A stretch of 63,099 bases of DNA, counting the filler, from Rhabdomonas costata (Eukaryota): NCBI GenBank assembly GCA_019059605.1. It is 26 parts of 26 records of this genome, joined end to end, with 100 filler letters (N's around TTAATTAATTAA, not from the genome) between each part and the next. Parts side by side here need not be neighbours in the genome. Positions count along the whole stretch, not along the records: positions 36,481 to 38,811 come from JAHMHO010003982.1; positions 38,912 to 41,241 come from JAHMHO010003983.1; positions 41,342 to 43,672 come from JAHMHO010003984.1; positions 43,773 to 46,102 come from JAHMHO010003985.1; positions 46,203 to 48,532 come from JAHMHO010003986.1; positions 48,633 to 50,960 come from JAHMHO010003987.1; 20 more parts are not named here. One strand, 5' to 3'. The translations under genes were made by a program, and so were the position numbers. A model generated the notes under the pieces. That model was not told the origin of the DNA, ran no database searches, and was given only the letters and a program-made list of their open reading frames with translations. Every line of letters starts with the position of its first letter. Positions within the stretch are counted from its first letter, which is position 1. Of this stretch, positions 37,387-51,060 are shown in pieces.

Positions 37387-38355
37387 CTGAGAGAGCGGCA
37401 ACAATGATCTGAGCAAGCGGCGCGGTTGCCGCGACTACGGCCATCACCGATCCTCGCAGGCGGTCACTGTCCACCATGTCCTCAGCAATCACCAGGGCGT
37501 TGTTGTCGATGACGGTGGTGATAAATCCTACGCACGGCCATACACTCTCGTGACCCCCCCCCCTCCAACTCGCTCGCACATATATGTAACCTAAAATGCA
37601 TAGGTAGGCAACCTTGACACTACCTGGAAGAAGAAATAAATACTTTTGGCGGATGCTCGCCAATGGAAGTAACATGGAAACCAGCACTGCAACTGTTCCG
37701 ATGAGTTCAATCCCAAAAAGCACATGATAGGTTATCATGTCGTTATCATCAGCATCAGCATCAGCATCAGCATCAGCATCAGCATCAGCATCAGCATCAG
37801 CATCAGCATCCAATGTGACTAAAATGCACAATGCTGCACCCGCAACTCAGCGCTGTCCTAAAGTCCATCGAAATGGAAACTCTGAAATGGAATCAAAATG
37901 AAATATTTTTTCTGTGGTAGTTGCTTTTTCGTCCGAAACGAAACATATATCTGCTTCAGCTTTATGCGCTTCGATGGCTCCTTTTCTGCCTACTCTTCGC
38001 CCGATATCAGCGACACGGCTTCGGCAAGAAAAGAGAACGCAGAAGTCCTACCATAACAGCCCCCGATCACAAGTATGGAAGTGGAGCCTTTGGTGAAGTC
38101 GGTGAGGGCGATGCACCCTGCGGCAACGAGGTGGCCGGCCAGGAACATCCCCAGTGTGCCTATCCGCGAGCCGTTCAGCAGCGGCAGCATCACTGCCGCC
38201 ACAACCTCACACACGGCCTCACAGCACAGACTGGCAAAAGCCAGGCTGAGACCCGTCCCTGGCAGCTTGGTGTCCAGCCCCGTCCAAGTGGTCCAGTAGA
38301 ACCCCAGGGCGTACATGCTGACATACCCCATGCACGTCAGAGCAAGCGCTGCCAC
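37387..38355 (-). CDS. Multi-pass membrane protein, MFS-like (exons 38355-38052, 37527-37387)
   Basis: Successive hydrophobic helices, in-frame GT-AG join, MFS-like EDMVDSDRLRGSVMAV loop. Confidence 0.65.
37747..37810. repeat. (CATCAG)n microsatellite, about 10.5 units, intronic
   Basis: Perfect hexamer run. Confidence 0.97.
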
Positions 38356-39352
38356 CTGAGCAGGGAGAAAGGTTTCAGTGAGTTCCAGATGAATGCCATA
38401 TTTAGGTTTCCATGCGGATGCTCCTGAGAAATGATAATCACCAGTCCTGCCGTTAACCACTTTCCCTCCCTTTCCTTATGATGACCCAGGAATGGGCGAG
38501 GTCACGCAAGCAGAAGTTGGAAACACCTGAAAAAGAAAACAGCCCTAAGAGCAACTCAAGCGATCCGCCGCAGGTAGTGGGATACTCAGTCCCATGCTGC
38601 TGCTTCGCCTAATTTCCACTTTCACCCAGCGAGATGCTGGAGCGCTCATCATTGCACCGCGACCCAAACTCCGCAGCCAAAGCAAAACAATGAAGTGAAC
38701 TGAGCTGCACTTATTTGAATACTTTCAAGCGGACCAATCCAATGAATACTTTTAACCCACACATAAGCTGGCCAGACCACCCTACCAAGTAACCTCAATA
38801 CACACACCAACNNNNNNNNNNNNNNNNNNNNNNNNNNNNNNNNNNNNNNNNNNNNTTAATTAATTAANNNNNNNNNNNNNNNNNNNNNNNNNNNNNNNNN
38901 NNNNNNNNNNNGGTGGTGTACAATTGACTGAGTATAAACAGGGTTTTCCGTCATCAAACCACTAGCAAAGCTATAGCTACTGACTTTTGGTCTTCATTTG
39001 GATTTACAGCACATTTGAGACCTGCAATCAGAAGTTATGTCCTAACCGGTCGCTAATAGCCCAGTCACAAGTGGGCTATCAGCCAGGCAAGACAGAACCT
39101 TCACTCGCTTACGCCAAATCTGTACATATCTCAGCTCTCTCTCTCTCAAAGGGTTGTGCAAAAGGTGGGAACTGGGGAAAGGAAAATTAAAGGAGATGAG
39201 GTGAGAAGTTGTGTTTGAAGAATTGAGGGACAGGTTTCAGGAGTAGATGACATACAGGAACATCATATGAAGTTCCTATAATTTCTGCGGCCACACGGAA
39301 TTCAAGTTTGTCCGGTTAATACCCTTTTGGAGTTCTCGTACAAAGCACGCAC

Positions 39353-41241
39353 CTCGGCCTCTGCAGGAAGTATTTCAAGGGACTGGGCTTCCTCCTTTTG
39401 AATGGTTAAGAGGCGGCGAAGCTCGTCAATTTCCTGTGGAAGAGCGAAAAAACGAGACCCCCTGGACACAAGTAACTAAGAACCAATCAAGCGTGCATTG
39501 TGAAAGAGCATGTGAATGGATGTGAAGCTAAGCGAACCGCGACGGTATGTGGGTTATGCGCGGCACAGACCTTCTGCAGGGCGAACTGCCTGCTGGCATC
39601 CATAGCCGCGTCCCTCCTCACCTCCTGCAGCGCCTCTTGGGTCTCGCGTAGCTCGGCGGCTTCCTTTGCGGCCTGCTCCCGCAGGGACAGCACCTCAGCG
39701 CGTAGCCGCTCCTCAGCTTCTCGGTGCTATCCCCATCATTTTTTCACACGGGAATGTCAACGTGACATTTACAGAAAAAACGCATTCATTCAACTGTCAC
39801 AACATTTTGGTGCAGTGATGATCGCAATGGGGAAGGGGAGAATGGTGTAATGATGATAACTGCTGTCAATCAATTCAAATCGTTGCTGGCAAGTCTTCGC
39901 TATGCCTTTCCAAATACCTCAGGCCGCAGTCATTTTTGCTGCTCCCACGTGACGTGTAGAAGAGTGTCCTGGAAATCAGACCCCGACTCTTCTATTGTCG
40001 GGTAACTCAGCACTCGAAGCGAACTCCTGACTTGTTCCAGGACTCTCGGAGCTGCCTTTGAAACGAGTGAGCATTTGGAATGTGCGTCTTAGCAACTTGG
40101 CCTCGGTTATGCGCAGAATAATGTTTGGTCCAAACCCACTCGCAGACCTCAGCGCTGGAGTTGTGCAAAAGCTGCCACAGCCGGGAGGCCTCCCCTCTCG
40201 CAGCGGAAACCTGAAGCAACAACTCCCCAACTATAGTGAAACCATGACTGCCACCTGACGGCGAACAATGAGTGCATGTGTGGGAGCATGTGGAGGTTGA
40301 TCAGAGAGAGATGGAGAAGAGATGGGCATTAACGCAGACACGTCTGGACAACCGAGCAAAAACTCAAGCGGTGCTAAAAGAGGAGCAGTTCGGGAAAGCT
40401 TGTTCCTTTTAGTTCGTTCACTTTAAAAGAGGGAAAAACCCTGCGGGTGCGTCCGCAGTTTCAACAGTATTTCCGCCTCCGTGGGTATGCGAGCGCGCGG
40501 CAGAGAGGAAGGCACACGCTCCTGCTCCGTTAGCAGCTCGTTCTCCTGACGCAGCTGAGCCTGCACGGCCTGACCTTCCTGCCGGCACCGAACGATCTCT
40601 CCTGACAGCCGCAGCACCTCACTGGTCAGCTTCCTGCACGGAAGGTCCCCCGCAAGTTAGCACCACAACAGCGAGGAAAAAAGTGCAGGGGGGTGGGAAC
40701 CTCGGGTGCCCAAAACGAACGCTGACAATCCCGCTGCTTAAGGCAGTAAAGTAGAACCAGAGCCCCCGACCCCACATACGCTTGTCCCTTCTGGGTTGTT
40801 CCAAAACAAACTTGGCAGGACAAGCCGGAAGACATCAAATACAACGTGGAGTCGCACCGTGGTGTGTGGAAAAAGGGAGGGATAAACGAAGACCGTTCGT
40901 GCTCCTCCGCCTCCCGCGAGGCCTCCAGTTTGGCTGTGTCCTCGGCCCTCCTCTCCAGAGCAACCAGAACCACCCTGCAGGAGACCCCCATCCCAGATAT
41001 CAACAATGACGCTGGAACCACAGGGCCACGGGCACAAGATAATCACCAAAGTTGGCAGCGAAAAAGCGTCTGCTGTGTGTGCATTTCTTGCATTCTCTTG
41101 CATGCGCAGCAAAGTCTCTGATGAGGTGGGGGTGCTCTGGGTGGGAACCAACCGTTGCCTCTCCGTCTCCAGCACGCTCTGCAGCTCTGTGACCTGCCGC
41201 CGGAGCAGGGGGCACTCCGGGCACAACGTGGCCCACATCGG
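39353..41241 (-). CDS. Coiled-coil protein, at least 6 short exons
   Basis: RRQVTELQSVLETERQR|VVLVALERRAE..|KLTSEVLRL..|VSAARGEASRLWQLL..|HREAEERLRAEVLSLREQ..|EIDELRRLL, joined in frame by GT-AG introns. Confidence 0.72.
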
Positions 41242-44200
41242 NNNNNNNNNNNNNNNNNNNNNNNNNNNNNNNNNNNNNNNNNNNNTTAATTAATTAANNN
41301 NNNNNNNNNNNNNNNNNNNNNNNNNNNNNNNNNNNNNNNNNATGTGGTGTTCATGGCTGTCAGGGAAGGGCGTAGGCTGTCAAGGTATAGCCATGGTGTC
41401 ATTCCTTCCACGTCAGGGTGGGGGTGTCACAACCCCGTACTGCCATGTGATGGATGGATGACCTCTGTGGTGGATCGAGCCCTGTGTGATGTTGCGTGTC
41501 ATCGCCTTGTCATCCTGTCATCCTGGCATCTGTGAGCCCAGGGTGGTGTTGACATCACAGCATGGCAACTTGGCATCCCTGCCAACCCATGGGTCTGTTC
41601 CCTTGATCATAGTGTAGGTGTGTGCTTCGATGAGCTATGTGCTGATGTTGACGTGGATGCCAACGGTGGGTGATGTCAGCATCCTGTGATCGGGGCCATG
41701 CATCGAGTGGTGGAGTGGAAGGCCCTCTCACCCTGGGATGTGTGGTGATGCCAAGGAAGTACGCCCAAGCACCCAAGTCACCTGTGTCACGAAAGGCCTC
41801 TGGGTGGGTGTGCTCTCTGTGGTGGTGGTGCTACGCAACGATGCCTCTATGCTGTCGGGTTGAGGGTGGGGTTCCTCCTCCTCCTCATGGTTAGGGGTTG
41901 TTCGTGCGTAGAAGGACCACCACCTGCAGATGGCCAGGGAATGACGTTGAGGGCAGAGCGTAAGGACCGCCTCAACATCATCCCTAAACCCAGTGGTGGG
42001 TGAATGTGCGTAACGGGAGCATCCGGGATGCCAGAAAACAATGCATGTGGCTCGGGGATCGAGGATCCTGACACGATCTGACAACAGAGCCGTAGGAACC
42101 TGTCACAGGCGAATGTGGGGATCGGCAGAGGAGGAAGGAAGTCAAACACTACCACAGATGAAGCACACTTAGCGCTAGAACCTGTCACCCCTAAACATGA
42201 TACACGTCCAACAAACACCACCCGATACCCTTACCACGACACCCTCACCTTCACCCCTCACCACCAACCCTGACCCACCTCACCCAAAGCATACCATTAC
42301 CAAACCCATACCCTTACCACGTAACCCGAAATCGTAACCAAAACCGAAGGCGAAGACATAGACATGATAGAGAGGATACCTATTCACTTTCGCTTGGGAC
42401 CTCCCATGACAATGGCATAATTCCCACGCTTCTATTGTCGTTACCCTGGCGCAGAGCACACGTATGGAGTTGGCCATCCCGGGGGCACCGAGTCGCTCGG
42501 CCTCTTCTACCCATGCTTCTATGCGGCAACATTTACCGTCTTCGCTGGAGAGTCTATTGAGGTGCTCCCTCGCAGGGCCTCAGACACCAGTCCTGTGACT
42601 TAGAACTCCGTGTTCCAGTGGTCAACTTGTTGCGTTCCTTGCGTACTCAAATACCTGCGCTACAAAACCCCACTACAGCCCCTTGCTTAGATCGAGAACC
42701 TGAAAGCCGAAAGCCGAAACCGAAGATGCGAAACCCGAAAACCAAAACCAAAACCCCCACGCGAAAATAAAAACGGAGGGAGGGACCCCGAACCCCGAAT
42801 TCTGAGTGAGGGTGCCGAAGGGTGATGTAAGAACCTCTGTAGTGGAGCCCGCCGAGTGTGACAAGCTCCCACCTCAGGTGCCCTTCACCTCGACTTCGGC
42901 ATGCCCCTACGGACCGTGCCTCCGTACCACCCCACTGAATCCCTCCCCTCCCCGTGAGCCTCCCACCAGGTGATGTGGGCTGTTCCTCCACCCGTGGATG
43001 AGAGGAAGAGGCCACCTGAGGCCCCCACGCACTACAGCCAACATCCCACCCCAGTGGCCAAGATCTCGACCTCCACCTACCCTCCACCTCAAAATGCCGT
43101 GTTCGTGATTGATGTCGCTATGCTCCACCAACCACTACGTACTTGGACCCACGAGAGAAATAGCGGCACCAGCCTCCATGTGACCCTCTGATGAGGACAG
43201 ATGCGAAGGTGAAGCCCAAAGGTAGCGAACTACTCCCTCAGCGCAAACAGACACATGCACAAACGCTAATGAAACAAACACAACTGTCCCCAAGTGAAAG
43301 AAGAAAAGTTCAGAAAATCATTAATGCAGACCAGCCAGTGGGTCCCTCTCTGCAAAGGCTGAGTTCCCCGGGGGGGTTGGGGTTCACCAGTGGTAAAAAT
43401 GAACTACGGGTCTCTTTGCACTGATGCACAGTCGTAGAAGCAAAAAAAAAACACCCGTAGGGATAGAACGAGAAGAGAAGCTCAGTGTGTAAGGCGTGCG
43501 CCGCAAACAGTGAGCCTAAGTACCGCTGTTGCGTTGACTTTGGGTGGGGGGATGTACAGAACAGTTTCAATTGAAACTTCAGTTAGCGCAGGGAGTGGAA
43601 AAGGATGCTCAGAACGCACACTCATCGCAGTGGGGCCTGCACAGCAGTCCGCGATTCTGTCACAACAAACACNNNNNNNNNNNNNNNNNNNNNNNNNNNN
43701 NNNNNNNNNNNNNNNNTTAATTAATTAANNNNNNNNNNNNNNNNNNNNNNNNNNNNNNNNNNNNNNNNNNNNGTTGGGGTTTGAGTTCCCATTTCCTGGT
43801 TTGTTGGTATCATACCCATTATACAGATATTGACTGATGTTTGTTGGAGGTGGTTTGGTTCTGTATGTGTCTGGCCTGTGCGTGGCAAGTGTGCCGATTC
43901 CATTATGGTATGAACGGAAGGGGGTGCCGCAAGGTGGGCACATGGTTATGGGGAGTGTGATGTTTCGTTCTTCGACCTGCCATGCGCAGGTGCTGGGCCC
44001 TGGATGTGATCCTTTAATTTTGGGCAGAGGTGGGTTACTTTGATAGCAGGCTTGGCTTTGTGGGCAACGACCCTTCCACCCCACTGCTGCTCGCAGTTCC
44101 TGTGTGCTGTGCGGATGCCGTTGAGGGGTCCAACTGAGGCTTCCGATGCCCGATGTGATAGCCGCCGCATTAGCGTTGCCTCTCTCCCATCTCTTTGCGT

Positions 44201-44814
44201 GACTATTTATTGCTGTATGACTATTATTATTTACTGTAACTGGCATTTTTGTTTTTGAGCGGTGACCAATATGTGGTGGTTTAATTTGGCTTTCCGGTGA
44301 AGCCTCGAGAATGGTTTTTTAAAATGCGCCATGGTTGCAGGTAACGTATTTAATTGTTGAGTTTTCCAGGCCCTGCCTCAGCAGCACTCTGTTTTGCGGT
44401 GGATGCGGCTGGAGCCAAACGCTGGACTGTCACTGGGCTTCCAATTAGCATGATCTACGAAGCTGCAAAAAGTACCTTCCTCAGTGAGAATCACTTGTTC
44501 CACATAAAATCTGTCAGGCAGGAAGTTAGCAGAAACGGAATAAAAGACAAACGAAATAGCACATTACTCACCATCCCATTTATCCCACGTACCACCGTTT
44601 TTTATAGGGCTGCGTCTATCCACATTTTTTTTCCTTTTGTGACTTCAGTTTTCGTCGTGGAGCCAACAAGAGCTCCACCTTGAGCTTGAACCGCAGTTAT
44701 TTCACCAGCCTGCATTCTCTGTTCTCCTTGGCAGCCTGCACAGTGTCTGGTAGTTGCCATTTTTTTCTGCGAGCACTTTATACCTTCGCCTGAGGAGTGG
44801 TGCTTTCCGCCAGA

Positions 44815-46061
44815 ATGTGCTGCAACAGCCGCGCGTGCGCAGCTTGGTTTGGGTGGATTGTCTTCTTCCTCCTCACCGTGGTGTGGATCCTGGGCATTGC
44901 TAGCACCGCCACGATTGCCTGGTTCGTGTCACGCGATTGGACCAAGGAAAGTATTTCTTTGGGAAGATTCTTTTCCCTTTTTCGGGAAACTAAGTGCTAA
45001 GCTTAACCGTACAATTGAGCCCCTGGGCATCTGGATGTGGCGGCCTGCTGCTGGGGACTAGGCGCTCGCCCACGCGCTTTGCTCGTGAGCCGGCGGTGGC
45101 CTGCCCTGCTGGCCTGTTCTGTGTTATGAGGAGAGCTGAAACCAGTGGTCGTCAAGACCGTCAACTGGAGCTGGCGGACTCGCGCACACCCAGGCACGCA
45201 TACACACATGTCAGATCACAGCTGATTTTGAGAAACACACTTTCAAGCAGCAGCACGGCACGCTTTCGGTTGTGTCCGCGGACAGGACACCGGCCCATCC
45301 AGTACACGTTCCCATTCTCCGTTTTCTCTTTTTTTGTTGTCCTGTTCCTTCCCCAAACTCATTTTCTCTCTTTTCACTCTCCTCATTTTTGCCCCCCCCC
45401 CCAATTTGTTTTTCTCCTTGCTCGCACCTCTCTTTTCACTTTGTACAGGAAACGCCCCCGATTCTCTCACTCCCAGAGTTTCCCAGTGGTTGACGTTTCG
45501 TGCACTCCACTCCACTTCGTCCTCTCCTCTTCCCTCTGCTACTTTTTCCCCAATTCTTCCATTCTTCACTCTTCTTCGGTGTTGTGCCGGACTTTGGACA
45601 CCCCAGTGTATTTGGACTCGTATGTGTACGGTTGATACTGTTGAGTTCATTTCCCTGAGTAGATGCTCAACCCGAAGTTCGAACGATGAGTTTGACAGAC
45701 AAAGAATCACATACACCATGTTACTACCAAGTGTGCGGTATGATCATCAACAAATTGGAACGTGCATGGATGGTTCCTTTTTTCTAGTATTATGCAGGAT
45801 TACGGTGGCCTCGGCTTCGTTTTGCCTTTATTTTCTGGCAGGTCCTCGGTCAGCGGCACGTCCATCCACTATGGGATCTGGAGGATGTGTCTGGACCAAG
45901 ACACCAATTGCGGGGACATCACGGACGGCCGGTTCAACAGCCTTGCCGGTGGGGGCTGCGACTCGCTGATCCGGGCGGTGCGGGCCTTCAGCATCCTGAC
46001 GATCATATTTGCGGCGCTGACGAGCTTTCTGATCCCGGTGGTGGAGCTGCTCTGCCTGGGG
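44815..46061 (+). CDS. Claudin/PMP22/amastin-like tetraspan membrane protein (exons 44815-44921, 45842-about 46061)
   Basis: TM1, then W...HYGIWRMC..DTNC (W-GLW-C-C type signature), CDSLIRAVRAFSILTII. AG acceptor 1 nt before the ATG. Confidence 0.78.
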
Positions 46062-47214
46062 TGCATCTGCAAGAACTGGCCGTCCGTGATGTCCCCACAA
46101 ACNNNNNNNNNNNNNNNNNNNNNNNNNNNNNNNNNNNNNNNNNNNNTTAATTAATTAANNNNNNNNNNNNNNNNNNNNNNNNNNNNNNNNNNNNNNNNNN
46201 NNGTTGCTGTTACATCCTCGATAGATATGGAATCATACCACATCCCAGAAGCACCTCGACAACATAAATTGGCCATTTCCAAGAGTTTTCAGAGAATTCA
46301 CTGTGTGTTCTATCAAATATGTGTGGCCACTGAAGTAGAGCCATTGGCAAATCGATACATAGTGGACGATGTCTGCACTGACAGCAGCAGTCTTTTGATT
46401 TGTTGAATTTGCGACTTCTTCAAGCACCAATTCTAATTCACTCCAACATGAAAAAGCAATTTTTGTTGCAAACAGACGCTTGAGACGTTTGAAATGGTGC
46501 CACACGTTGCAGTTAGGTTCTAGTGCGTGAAAGTAATGATTACCCTCTCAACGAAGCTAAATAAGATACACAATAACCACCAAGATAATGTGAATTATGT
46601 GCTTGACTTGTTGGACGCGATATCTATAGGTTGTGTTCACAGTTTCACATCTACACCAAAAAATCAGCTCTGATATACCCCCAAAATACAGCTAGTTATT
46701 GCTTAAGGAGATATGGCAGTTACACTGCAGCTTACGCGTTGTACCTCAGCCCGATGTTGAGTGACGACTATTTCAGCCTTCTGGAGGACAACGTGCTTTA
46801 AACAGCCGCTCGGTCTCACGTGTCGGTTGTTTCAGATCATGTTGTGAATATAAAGAAAATCAAACTGATTGGTAAGCTGCTCCGTAACAGGTATCGGCTT
46901 TATCCGCTTCTGTACATCTGCAACCACTGCTGGGTTGGAAAATGCGTCGTATCGGTTGGTTGTGACTTTTCTCTTAGCTGGTCCATCTCCAGTTTGTCAT
47001 GAATGAAATATCATGTTTGTCTAGTGACAATAATGTGCGTGGCCGCTAGTTAGGTGCAGTGTAAAAGGCTGACGCTGATCCAATTACCATATAAATTTTG
47101 TAATATGTTTGTATATATTATTTGTACATATTTGTCATACGTTCATTAGTGAACCTTTTTATAGGAGACACATGAATTGCTTCCTACCACATCAGATATT
47201 GAAAACAAAAAGAT

Positions 47215-47520
47215 TCACTGGAAATGTCCATCGCGAATGTGCTTCATCAACAAAAGCCCTTAGAGCCCTCCACCGCCATCCGCAACAGCCGGTTATCTAA
47301 GGCACTTTTTGTCGGTACACAAGCCCAGTCTTTACACTGTACACACTGGCACTCTGGGAGCTACATTTTACAGAATGGGACTCTAGGAGAACACCAAGAC
47401 CTCTCATCCACTCTCGGAGATTTCTTTGGTAATTAAAAAGGTCCAGGACTTCATTCGGTGTCAACATGAGCAACAAAATGAGCCGTAAGGAAAAAGGTTC
47501 AATGCCGAAGTGGTGCACCT
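47215..47520 (-). mobile_element. Decayed Merlin-like transposase 5' region
   Basis: MLTPNEVLDL...LREWMRGLGVL, then frameshifted CQCVQC and KHIRDGHF (cf. SIRxGxFF). Homologous to 25706-25800. Confidence 0.45.
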
Positions 47521-49404
47521 GTAAGATGCCAATTGAAAATTGTGTGCGTAGGGGTTTGTGGTATTGCTAATATTGATACTGTTTTCACTTCAGAAAATAA
47601 TATTTGGTGTACCATGAGATTGATTATACTGACGCTTACTCCCCATGATACGGCGGTGCTGGTTTTCTTTTGCTGCTACTGCTGCGGGAGCGGGGGTGTA
47701 GGACCCACTTACAGGGAGGTGGCACAAGCTGCGCTGTATCGGAAGGATGACCTTGCGACACTGCGGTACTCGCTGCACACCCGTCGCTGAAAATCCAAGT
47801 TGCGCAACGTTCTACTCGTTTACAGTTGTCGTTTACCGTTGTCTTCCATCATCATGATTGGACACATCAAAAGATAAGCGAGGTATGGGAACGTTAAAGC
47901 AAAAGCAAACAAGAAAACACACAGAGAGAGAAACGATGCTGCACAGCTCTTGTCGGTGTCAAATGCAAAGCGAGGGAAAGAAAATAAAACTGTACAGAAG
48001 AGGCAAATTAAGGAGGCAGAAGACCAGGTGAAAACATGTTCAAGAAGACAAAACAGAGAGGGCGAGCGAACAACAAACACAAAAGGAAAGAAGCAGTTGT
48101 TCACAGATGAACGCAAGCCAAATGATCATCCTACCCCCCCAGCAGCACGGCTTCAGAGACAATTTCTGATTGATGAAGTGCTTTTTGGATGAAAACTCCC
48201 GTATACCCAACAGGAGGAGGAGCGCGGCGACGACGACCCAGCATAGAAGGAGGCATTCGAGGTACCGAGAATGCCGACATCTTCTTCTCTCTTCTCTTGC
48301 CTTTATGCATTGGGTGAGGGAGCGTACCGTATGCGGGGAGCGACCGAACAACGCATCTAGGAGGGATGACGAGCGCAGCGAGGCATCCCAACAGCCATCA
48401 CCATTTTCTTCCATTATTACGGTTCCCCTGTGCCTCAGCCCTCAGTGCGTGGCATCATCTCACCATCACTGGCATCTTTCACCCTTCCACTTCCATCTCA
48501 GCGTGGGTTCAGGCATCAGGGCACCACCCCCCNNNNNNNNNNNNNNNNNNNNNNNNNNNNNNNNNNNNNNNNNNNNTTAATTAATTAANNNNNNNNNNNN
48601 NNNNNNNNNNNNNNNNNNNNNNNNNNNNNNNNGTTGTTTTTTGCTTGAAGGCGCCGAAGCCGAGACTTTGTTAAAACCATGTCGCATCCAATCGAGGGGC
48701 CGAGCAGTCATTTCCACGTGGATTATCTGGAGCCAGGTGTCTGTATTTGCACGGCCGGACCGGACTGACTGGCTCTCAGGTTCCGCCGCTTCCATCCAAC
48801 AGCGTGCCTCTCCTTAATGACCGGATCGAACCCCGGTCACGGCGGTCAACCGCACACACGGGCGAGTTGACTGAGTAGGAAGGCACTTCTGTGAAGCTCA
48901 CATAGGTCAGATCACCACATCGACAAGCCATGGTGGCACATTTGGGCACAAATCCGCGGTCTTAATTTCGGACAGAAGTCCGGGAATGCTGGCGGACGAG
49001 TCCTTCAGGTTGTGCTGGTTTTGCTGGTTGTGCTTGCTCAAGAAGAGAGGGTATCGGTGTGCGTTCCATCCAACGGCCGTTGCGCTGGAAGTGGCCGATC
49101 AGGCACCAGATGCGGCGCTCTCGGTAAAAGGAAGGGGGCGAAGAGTATGATCAACGTCCGTTCCAGAGGCCTCCAAAGGCGCAAAAACCGCAATGCTGGC
49201 AGACTGGATATCCAGAAGAACGCGCAGCTGAAGCACGCGTCGGAAAGGACCGAAATGTACGGCGGTGTGGGAAACAAAACCTTTAAGCAGGAAAACGAGA
49301 TCGATACCATGGAAAAAAAGGTAGAGAAGAGCGCGAAACAGAAAGGGGGGTCGCGGGAGAATACACCACGGCGCCGGAACCAATTCTTACTGTCGATGAC
49401 CCAG

Positions 49405-50245
49405 GAGCCTGCCAACACCAGGTCCAACCCGGAGTGCCCCTCTCCTTTAAGAGCAGCCATCATGGCTTCCAGGAGACCTATTCTCAGTGTATATAATGTT
49501 GACAACGGCATGCTGTTCCCGCCCAATGCCCCATAGTACCATACTATCCGGGCGCGCCCGGCACCAACCCGCATCCCACTCAGCAGGAGCCCCACCCCCA
49601 CAACTACAACCGCCCATGTACGCAACCGCCCAATTATCGGGGCGTAATCCGGCCCATAATAAAGCGCATGGCTCCACCTGTGTGTGTGCGCGTGTTTTGA
49701 GGGGTTTCTGCTGCTGATGCTGCCTCTGCTGCTGCACACTTCCCATTAGAAGTGCCCGTGTGTGTTGCAAGGCTTTGTGCTGGTGCGCATTCCAATCAAA
49801 TTATCAAATTGCTGGATGAAGCCTAGGACCGAGGAACCTCCCTGATACCACGATACCCCGCCCTTTGCTGCTGCCGCAGGCGACGTTGCATCCCCTCGGT
49901 GTGTGTGCGTGCGGGTGGTGATGGTTTGCCGCATAGACATGCGGTGCGGTTCGCTCCTTGCGAGCACCTATGACATCGACTCAATTTTTGCTTGCAAAGA
50001 AAAACGCAATGCATATAAACCTCGTTTTAGAGGTTCTTTCCGAAAGCACCCTCTGACCTCAGTATCACTTTTATTCCTTAGATGGCACGTTGATGTTGTG
50101 CGGACGCCCACCAAAGGCCGCACCACCGGGTTAATCGCCCACCTACCAGGGGCCGACTTCTTAGGGAATGCTCATTGCTGGCACGCAGTACCGCGGGTGA
50201 AGAACTGGAAGCCGACGGGGGGGAACATGCGAAGTCTCAGTTACG
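49405..50245 (+). CDS. Two exons of an unknown protein (49405-49486, 50082-50245)
   Basis: ACQHQVQPGVPLSFKSSHHGFQETYSQ|WHVDVVRTPTKGRTTG... joined in frame by a phase-2 GT-AG intron. Confidence 0.5.
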
Positions 50246-50530
50246 GTGCAACGGTGAGTCATTGGAGCCAGTGCACGGGGGTGACTATATAAAGCTCCAA
50301 AGCACAGACGGAGAAAACAGGGAGGCATGGGAGTGGGTGACGGATAATAGCCCAAGAAGATACAGTACACGAGGGCATCTTTCCGCCGCACTCCACCCGA
50401 AGTGTATGGGGGTTTAAGTTCATGTCCACCCCATCTCCCCGTTAACTTGTCCCCCCCTCCAATTTCTCCTTCCCACCGTCCTTCTCTTGCTCTCTTGGGT
50501 GGGTGAGAGAGCGAACCAACGCTGCGTCGC

Positions 50531-50608
50531 TCACAGCAGGTCCTCCTCCACGGGCTTGCCGTCGGCACCGGTGGTAAGCAGGCGGTTGATCTGTGGCGGC
50601 AGCTTGCC
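50531..50608 (-). CDS. Probable terminal exon of an unknown gene
   Basis: cctag acceptor, then GKLPPQINRLLTTGADGKPVEEDLL*, with high GC3. Confidence 0.5.
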   Translation of the reverse strand, partial: GKLPPQINRLLTTGADGKPVEEDLL

Positions 50609-51060
50609 CTAGGCCATATCCTCGTCCACATGGCTGCACTGCCCGCCGTACACCACGAACACGATGAACACGAACACCAAGTCAACCAAGTGAACGTAGA
50701 TAGAGGTCACCCTGTTAGTGAGAGAGAGAGAGAGCAAGCGAGCGAGTGTGTGTGTTGTGCCTTGACGGCGTGCGCCGTCGCCCATCCCCACCCATGCAGC
50801 CCAATTCTCGGGGCGCCATCCGGCCCCCAAGAAAGCACACGGATCCCGGTGTGAGTGTGCGCGTGGATGGGCACGGCGCCTGCCCTCAACCCAACGCACA
50901 ACATGACCTTCAGCACGCAGGGCACCATCTCCAGACCAACCAATACAAGGACAACCCACCNNNNNNNNNNNNNNNNNNNNNNNNNNNNNNNNNNNNNNNN
51001 NNNNTTAATTAATTAANNNNNNNNNNNNNNNNNNNNNNNNNNNNNNNNNNNNNNNNNNNN

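Noticed and set aside
37331-37831. ORF with a poly-(DA) tract
   Set aside because: The tract is an intronic (CATCAG)n microsatellite; only 37527-37387 behaves as an exon.
40973-41123. Possible non-conventional intron (CAG.../...CTG pairing) in the coiled-coil gene
   Set aside because: Pairing is short and bulged, and a phase-2 GT donor (GTTGGT) with a CAG acceptor gives a cleaner in-frame join.
42798-42812. Spliced-leader RNA gene (ttctgagtg)
   Set aside because: The match is only 9 nt and lacks the rest of the leader and the following donor.
48818-48880. tRNA gene on the minus strand (GGGGTTCGATCC T-arm-like hairpin)
   Set aside because: No convincing acceptor stem, D-arm or anticodon arm. 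At most a tRNA-derived SINE relic.
49462-49509. MASRRPILSVYNVDN as the start of ribosomal protein L4
   Set aside because: No downstream L4 exon (PxVFxAPIRPD) found, and another frame splices cleanly in phase 2 to the exon at 50082.
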